A DNA stretch of 64,000 nt. It comes from Thermoanaerobaculia bacterium. Its GTDB lineage: Bacteria; Acidobacteriota; Thermoanaerobaculia; Multivoradales; Multivoraceae. Numbering within the stretch: position 1 is the stretch's first letter; every line of letters starts with the position of its first letter. Position numbers and translations under genes: made by a program. The stretch is taken from positions 5,888,001-5,952,000 of the forward strand of contig OY761158.1 in the NCBI GenBank assembly GCA_963664405.1. Reading direction: 5' to 3'. The notes below the pieces were generated by a model that made no database searches, was not told where the DNA came from, and saw nothing but the letters and a program-made list of their open reading frames with translations. This document shows positions 58,472 to 64,000 of the stretch, piece after piece.

Positions 58472-58586
58472 AACGTTAAGACATGGGTGCTGGAAGCCGT
58501 TGGCGCGAACTGCTCCCCTTCGAGCATACAGGTCATCGGTCCCGATCGCGGCCGGGCGTGGAGCGGGGTGATCCGCCCCTAACCGG

Positions 58587-59216
58587 CTACCAGCGATCCC
58601 AATGAACAGTCTCCTCTGGAGGCAGTCGGGTCACCGGCCCGAAGTTGCCGAGCGGCCAGCCAACCGGAATCAGGCAGTAGGCCTCTACATTGTCCGCGAG
58701 CCCGAGGACCTCGCGAGCAGAGTCTCGGTCGGCCAGGCCCAGAGTGGTCGGCGTGGCGCCAAGGCCGAGGGCTCGGGCCGCGAGAAGAAGGTTCTGGACC
58801 CCTGGCCAAACCGAGCCCCCGGCTCGTCCAGCCCCCTCCTTGCCAACCGCGTCGGCGAATTCGAAGCAGGCGATGATCAGGACCGGGATCTCCTGGAGGT
58901 GCTCGGCCTGCCACAGCACCGCCTGCAGCATGCGCTCGCGCTTGCCCTGAGACTGGTGTTGCAGTACGGCGGGCCGTCCCGAAGAGGAACCGATGTAGAC
59001 CTCTACCGCCTTCTTGTTGAGCTCTGCGAGCCGGTTGCGCTGCTCTTGATCTTGCACGACGATCCATCGGGCGCCCTGCATGTTGGAGCCCGAAGGAGCA
59101 TGATTCCCGGCGTCAATCAGCCTGAGGATGTGCTCCGTCGGCACCGGGTCGGGCTTCAGGCGTCGCATCGCGCGGCAGTTGTTGATGACCTCGAAAACGT
59201 TCATCTCAGTTGTCAT
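58587..59216 (-). CDS. Nitroreductase family protein
   Basis: RAMRR, APSGSNMQ, QNLLLAARALGLG, IPVGWP. Confidence 0.9.
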   Translation of the reverse strand: MTTEMNVFEVINNCRAMRRLKPDPVPTEHILRLIDAGNHAPSGSNMQGARWIVVQDQEQRNRLAELNKKAVEVYIGSSSGRPAVLQHQSQGKRERMLQAVLWQAEHLQEIPVLIIACFEFADAVGKEGAGRAGGSVWPGVQNLLLAARALGLGATPTTLGLADRDSAREVLGLADNVEAYCLIPVGWPLGNFGPVTRLPPEETVHWDRW

Positions 59217-59370
59217 GCGCGCTACTGTAGACGCTGGGTCTCGGACCGGCAAGCCTGGCTCGGCTCATCGAGACCGTCCGAAATCTCGGCGCGAGCTCGC
59301 GTGTTGGAACAAAGAAGGCGGTTCTTTTTTGAGCCGCTGGAAGTGCCCTGATATCTTGTCTGTAGAGGTG

Positions 59371-59742
59371 ATGAATATGCGAATTCGAGTTGTTCCCGCG
59401 CTCGGTCTGGTCCTGGCCTTGTACCTGGCTGTGGCCGCGTTCGCTCATATCCTGGTCGAGAAGACGGAACCCGCCGACGGATCGGCGCTGACGGCCACCC
59501 CCCGAACACTGAGGGTGTGGTTCAACCGCGGCCCCGACGTTGACAATAGCGAGCTGAAACTGATCGGCCCCGAAGGAGAGCTGACTCTAGAGGGGCTGCA
59601 TACGATGGGCGAGAACGATCTCATGGTGCGAGTCGTCGGACGGGTGCCTGACGGTGACTACGTCGCGAAGTGGAAATCGCAAGGTGACGACGGCCATTCC
59701 CGCGAGGGAGAGTGGACCTTCAGTCTGAAGCGGGGTGGGTGA
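59371..59742 (+). CDS. copC: Periplasmic copper-binding CopC-family protein
   Basis: Signal peptide ending AFA with His as mature residue 1; C-terminal W....DDGH...G.W.F. Confidence 0.85.
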   Translation: MNMRIRVVPALGLVLALYLAVAAFAHILVEKTEPADGSALTATPRTLRVWFNRGPDVDNSELKLIGPEGELTLEGLHTMGENDLMVRVVGRVPDGDYVAKWKSQGDDGHSREGEWTFSLKRGG

Positions 59743-59762
59743 GTCCCCGAAGAGCTGTGAGC

Positions 59763-60764
59763 TCAAGTGAGTAGGTCGAGTGCCCTTCCGAGTAGGGGCT
59801 CGATCGACAGAGCAGTTGTCTCCCAGTCGGGATCTATGCGTTTGCCGCGGCGGTGGAGGGCCAGGTTGAAGCCGCTGATGATGGCAAATTTGTACGCTGC
59901 GAGGGCGCGAAACCAAGCCAGACCTTCGACCCGCATGCCCCAGGTTTCCTGGTAGAGCTCTAGAAGCTCCTCGACCTGCGGCATCATTCCGCTCGGGGCG
60001 CGTTCCGCGGTCCACGCCATCGGGTCATTGAACGTGGCGATCCATCCGACGTCGTTGAGCGTCGCGCCCACTCCCACCAGTTCCCAGTCGATAACCGCGA
60101 GCAGCTCTCCGGCGGGTGAGTAGAAGAGGTTCGACCATTGGAAGTCACCGTGAAAGATGCCGATCCGCGGATCCCGCGGGATCCGCTCGAGGAGAAGCTT
60201 CCGAACTGCAGGCACCTGCTCGAGGCGTTGCGGCTCCGCAGCTTTCTCGACGAAACGATCCCAGCGCACCACATCGTCCTCGAAGGGGATCGGGGTTCCC
60301 AGGTAGGGAGCAGAGTGCCAGTCGAGGCGATGGATTCCTGCGAGAGCTTTCATCGCCTGCCTGGCCATCTCGACGCGCTTCTGTGGTTGCAGCCGGTGGA
60401 TCCAGGCGTCATCGGCAAATCCGACTACAGCGCCCTCGAGCTGAGGGACTATGAAGTAGGGGCAGCCGAACCACTGGAGGTCGTCTCCCGACCACCGCAC
60501 CGAACAGTGCGGAACGGAAGTGGCTTCCAGGACCGAGAGCACTTCCACCTGGCGCAGGACATCCGCAGTTCCCGCCCAGCGAACATTGGGCGGCGGCAGG
60601 CGCAGATACCAGCGCTCGATCGTTTCGCCGCTGGTGACGGTGAACCCGTAAGAGAAGCCTGCGTGCCCCGGCATGTTGAAGACCTCAGAGACTTCGGCTG
60701 CGGGGTCCTCATACATGGCCCGACTGAAGCTCAGCAGTCTCGGTTCGAGCTCGACGATCTCCAT
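59763..60764 (-). CDS. APH/ACAD10-like phosphotransferase
   Basis: LRLPP, FHGDFQWSN, VIDWEL, DVGW. Confidence 0.88.
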   Translation of the reverse strand: MEIVELEPRLLSFSRAMYEDPAAEVSEVFNMPGHAGFSYGFTVTSGETIERWYLRLPPPNVRWAGTADVLRQVEVLSVLEATSVPHCSVRWSGDDLQWFGCPYFIVPQLEGAVVGFADDAWIHRLQPQKRVEMARQAMKALAGIHRLDWHSAPYLGTPIPFEDDVVRWDRFVEKAAEPQRLEQVPAVRKLLLERIPRDPRIGIFHGDFQWSNLFYSPAGELLAVIDWELVGVGATLNDVGWIATFNDPMAWTAERAPSGMMPQVEELLELYQETWGMRVEGLAWFRALAAYKFAIISGFNLALHRRGKRIDPDWETTALSIEPLLGRALDLLT

Positions 60765-60930
60765 TCTTCCTCCCTCCAAGAACTCGGGACGGAATCATAG
60801 CCTTCGTCTTGACGGCGCGCTCAGCGGTCATCGGCGGGGAAGGTCTGCGGTACTCTCTCGGTCGGGCTGCTTGGCAGCGGCATCTGTTTTTCGCCTGGCG
60901 GCCCGGTCAACCTATCGGAGGGCAGGAACG

Positions 60931-62016
60931 ATGGTGGAAGAGATGGCCGACCCAACGCTGGACAGCGACGAGGTCAACGCATTCGCGTTCCAGGTGTGGA
61001 ACTACAAACAGGGCGAGATGGTCTCGCTGATGATCCATCTCGGCGACCGCCTCGGCATTTATCAGGCTCTCGACGGTGCTGGCCCCCTCTCCTCGATCGA
61101 GCTAGCTGAGCGCAGCGGCCTGAGCGAACGTTGGCTGCGGGAGTGGCTCAAAGGCCAGGCCGCTGCCAAATTACTCGAGTACCGGGGCGACGAACGCTTC
61201 GAGCTCTCCGCGGTCGGGGCCGCAGTCCTCGCCGATGAGAGCGAGAGCCTCGCCTTTGCCGCCGGGGCCTTCGGCGGTGGCTTTGCTCCGCAGGTAGTGG
61301 AGGGCCTCGCCGACGCCTTTCGTACCGGCATCGGTCTCAACTATGACGCGCAGGGAGCGGCCGCCGCCCACCGCACCGAGCGGATGCTCGGCCCCTGGGC
61401 GCGGCTGGCGTTGGTACCCAAGATCCTTCCGGCCTTGGAGGGCGTGGTCAACAAACTCGAGGCAGGAGCCAAGGTGCTCGACGTCGGTTGCGGAGCCGGT
61501 GTAGCGGTGTTTGCGATGGCAAAGGAGTACCCGGGGAGTCGTTTCGAGGGCTACGATCTCTCCCACCACGCGATCGAGCGAGCTCGCGAAAAGGCGGCAG
61601 AGGAGGGGGTGGAGAACGTCGCTTTCTTCGAGAGTAGAGGCGAAGAAGTGCCGGCCGATGCCGGTTACGATCTGGTGATCACTTTCGATTGTCTGCACGA
61701 CATGACGCGGCCTGATCGAGTGATGCAGGCGATTCGGGCGGGTGTCGTCGAAGACGGCACCTGGCTGATCAAGGAGATCAAATCCCATCCGGATTACGAG
61801 AAGAATCTGCGCAACCCGATGCTGGCGATGATGTACGGGTTCTCGGTGTCGTCGTGTATGTCGTCCGCTCTCTCCGAGGAGGGAGGCTTGGGCCTTGGAA
61901 CTCTGGGTCTGAATCCGCAGCTGGCCCGGGAGATGACTGCTAAGGCGGGCTTCTCTCGCTTTGTCGAGCACGATTTCGGAGATCCGGCAAACCTTTACTA
62001 CGAAGTTCGGCCCTAG
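60931..62016 (+). CDS. HTH + class I SAM methyltransferase (Rv2258c-like)
   Basis: LGDRLGIY, ERWLREWL, VLDVGCGAG, FDCLHDM, GLGT. Confidence 0.88.
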   Translation: MVEEMADPTLDSDEVNAFAFQVWNYKQGEMVSLMIHLGDRLGIYQALDGAGPLSSIELAERSGLSERWLREWLKGQAAAKLLEYRGDERFELSAVGAAVLADESESLAFAAGAFGGGFAPQVVEGLADAFRTGIGLNYDAQGAAAAHRTERMLGPWARLALVPKILPALEGVVNKLEAGAKVLDVGCGAGVAVFAMAKEYPGSRFEGYDLSHHAIERAREKAAEEGVENVAFFESRGEEVPADAGYDLVITFDCLHDMTRPDRVMQAIRAGVVEDGTWLIKEIKSHPDYEKNLRNPMLAMMYGFSVSSCMSSALSEEGGLGLGTLGLNPQLAREMTAKAGFSRFVEHDFGDPANLYYEVRP

Positions 62017-62066
62017 TCGCGTGTTAGTCTTTGCCACCGCTCTTGGAGCGGCGCTGCGAGGTGGAT

Positions 62067-62762
62067 GTGTGCGCGAATAGACCGTCTCTGTGGGCCGTCG
62101 TGCCCGTCAAAGAGCTGTGGCGCTCGAAGCAGCGCTTGAACGATGTGCTCTTTGCTGATGAGCGGGAGCGGCTGGTTCGAACGATGCTTCATGACGTGCT
62201 CGATGCCCTGATGTCGGCCGGAGTGTTGGTGGATGTGCTGGTTGTGACCCGCGATGCCACCTTGGGGGAGTTCGCCAGAGCGCGCGGCGCCGAGATTCTC
62301 GCCGAAGAGGAGGGGGGCGATCTCAATGCGGCGCTCGCCCACGCGGCGGATCATCTGAGCGAGATGGGGGCCCCTGGAATGCTGGTGGTGCCAGGCGATG
62401 TCCCGGCCCTTACCACCGACGAGGTCAGAGAACTGGCACAGGCCCACGGCCCATCGCCGGCGGTCACACTGGTCGCAGATCGTCACGGCCAGGGAACCAA
62501 CGCTCTGGCTGCTTCCCCTCCAGACATCTGCCCCTTTCTTTTCGGCGAGGGTAGTTTCGATAAACACCTTGCCGCTGCTGCCGAGGTCGGTGCGGAGTTG
62601 CAGGTGCTCGATCTCCCAGGTTTGCGTCACGACGTCGATACCGAGACCGATCTCGACGACCTCGCCTATATGGCTCCCGGCTTAGAGACCGGCGAGCTCC
62701 TTCGCAGTCTCGGCCGCGTCGTAGTGCCGCGTGGGTTGGCCTCGCCGGAGGAACGACTTTGA
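62067..62762 (+). CDS. cofC: 2-phospho-L-lactate/PEP guanylyltransferase (F420 biosynthesis)
   Basis: AVVPVK....KQRL, M..DVL, LNAAL, PGDVP, DRHGQGTNAL, FGEGSF..H, DVDT..DL. Confidence 0.92.
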   Translation: MCANRPSLWAVVPVKELWRSKQRLNDVLFADERERLVRTMLHDVLDALMSAGVLVDVLVVTRDATLGEFARARGAEILAEEEGGDLNAALAHAADHLSEMGAPGMLVVPGDVPALTTDEVRELAQAHGPSPAVTLVADRHGQGTNALAASPPDICPFLFGEGSFDKHLAAAAEVGAELQVLDLPGLRHDVDTETDLDDLAYMAPGLETGELLRSLGRVVVPRGLASPEERL

Positions 62763-64000
62763 TGAGCGAGCAGCGGGGGTTCGTCGAAGCGCTGGTAGAG
62801 AGGCGCCCGGACCGTGAGGAGGCCCTGGCCCTGGCCGAGGTCGAGGATCTGGCGGCACTTCGTTCCGCCGCCGGACGCTTACGCGACAGCGGCTTCGGCA
62901 ACGTCGTCACTTTCTCGAAGAAGGTGTTTCTGCCGCTCACCCACCTTTGTCGCGATATCTGTCACTACTGCGTTTTTGCCAAGCCGCCGACCCCGGGTGA
63001 GGCCGTCTACATGTCTCGCGAGCAAGTGCTGGAGCAGGCGCGAACGGCGGCGAGTGCGGGCTGTAAGGAAGCCCTCTTCACCTTGGGCGACAAGCCCGAG
63101 CGGCGCTACAAAGCGGCGCGCGAAGGGCTCGCCGAGCTCGGACACGAAACAACCCTGTCCTATCTTCGCCAAGTCGCTGAGCTGGTCTTCGAGGAGACCG
63201 GCCTGCTGCCGCACCTCAACCCCGGCCTGATGAACGCGGCCGATCTGGCGGCGCTGCGACCGGTATCGGCATCCATGGGCATCATGCTGGAGAGTGCCTC
63301 CGATCGCCTGCTCGAGAAGGGCCAGGCGCACTACGGTTCTCCCGACAAGGTGCCGGGCCGCCGTCTCGAGACCCTTCGCCTCGCCGGATTGGCGCGCATT
63401 CCCTTCACTTCCGGAATCCTCATCGGTATCGGGGAAACGCGGCGGGAGAGGGTGGAGGCCCTGTTGGCGCTGCGCGAGCTGCACCGGCGCCATGGCCACC
63501 TCCAGGAGATCATCGTTCAGAATTTCCGCGCCAAGCCGGAGACTCGGATGGCGAGTGCCCCGGAGCCCAGCTTCGAGGATCTGCTGTGGACGGTCGCGGT
63601 CGCGCGGCTCGTCTTCGGTCCGGAGATGAGTATTCAGGCGCCGCCCAACCTGAGCCCCGGACTCCTCACCGACATCGTTGCCGCCGGGATCAACGATTGG
63701 GGTGGGGTCTCTCCCGTAACTCCCGACTTCGTCAATCCCGAGGCGCCTTGGCCCCACTTGGAGAAGTTGGCCGAGGAGACCAGGGCTGCAGGCAAGTTCT
63801 TGCAGGAGCGGCTTACTGTCTATCCCAGCTATGCCATCGATCGAGAGACCTGGCTCGACAAGCGTCTGTGGCCCCGGGTGCTGTCGATGATGGATAGCGA
63901 GGGGCTGGCGAGAGTGGGGGAGTGGTCGCCGGGTGCCGTAATGGATCCTCCTGTTGAAGATGTTGCTCGAGCCACCGGTGCAGGCCCGTCACCTCGGATC
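62762..64000 (+). CDS. fbiC: FO synthase, probably fused CofG-CofH; runs off the window edge
   Basis: Not in the ORF track because it has no stop in the window. From ATG 62762: VTFSKKVFLPLTHLCRDICHYC (radical SAM CxxxCxxC), EALFTLGDKPE, PHLNPG, GSPDK, QAPPNL, DWGGVSPVTPDFVNPEAPWP. It remains open beyond the CofG domain. Confidence 0.92.
   Translation, partial: MSEQRGFVEALVERRPDREEALALAEVEDLAALRSAAGRLRDSGFGNVVTFSKKVFLPLTHLCRDICHYCVFAKPPTPGEAVYMSREQVLEQARTAASAGCKEALFTLGDKPERRYKAAREGLAELGHETTLSYLRQVAELVFEETGLLPHLNPGLMNAADLAALRPVSASMGIMLESASDRLLEKGQAHYGSPDKVPGRRLETLRLAGLARIPFTSGILIGIGETRRERVEALLALRELHRRHGHLQEIIVQNFRAKPETRMASAPEPSFEDLLWTVAVARLVFGPEMSIQAPPNLSPGLLTDIVAAGINDWGGVSPVTPDFVNPEAPWPHLEKLAEETRAAGKFLQERLTVYPSYAIDRETWLDKRLWPRVLSMMDSEGLARVGEWSPGAVMDPPVEDVARATGAGPSPRI

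Overview
High-GC bacterial chromosomal window with no rRNA, tRNA, CRISPR array or intact transposase that I can recognise. The gene content points to Acidobacteriota, probably Thermoanaerobaculia (inference): acidobacterial-type VWA/TPR genes, and Calx-beta proteins ending in a 'CL..RF.V...FEFF...N.E..VK..D.C...FWVF..GLTN' domain. About 50 CDS are present, including a broken Qrc/ACIII-like molybdopterin subunit, an XRE-HTH/TPR/secreted-protein operon with a near-consensus sigma70 promoter overlapped by a palindrome, a circularly permuted ATP-grasp/alpha-E/transglutaminase operon, a MutS-domain-V-only ATPase, a quinohemoprotein ADH, a 4-chlorobenzoate-CoA-ligase-like enzyme and F420 genes (cofC, fbiC, plus an F420-dependent reductase). 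The best candidate for an undescribed system is the tandem array at 31610-37552: three secreted proteins with different N-terminal modules (two type-1 cupredoxins, one 7-bladed FG-GAP propeller) on an almost invariant Calx-beta + Cys-containing C-terminal domain. Other notable items are a 179-bp MITE-like hairpin element with 25-bp perfect inverted repeats, and many genes broken by homopolymer indels or head-to-tail internal deletions, which may reflect assembly error or genome decay. All family calls come from motif recognition, not database searches.
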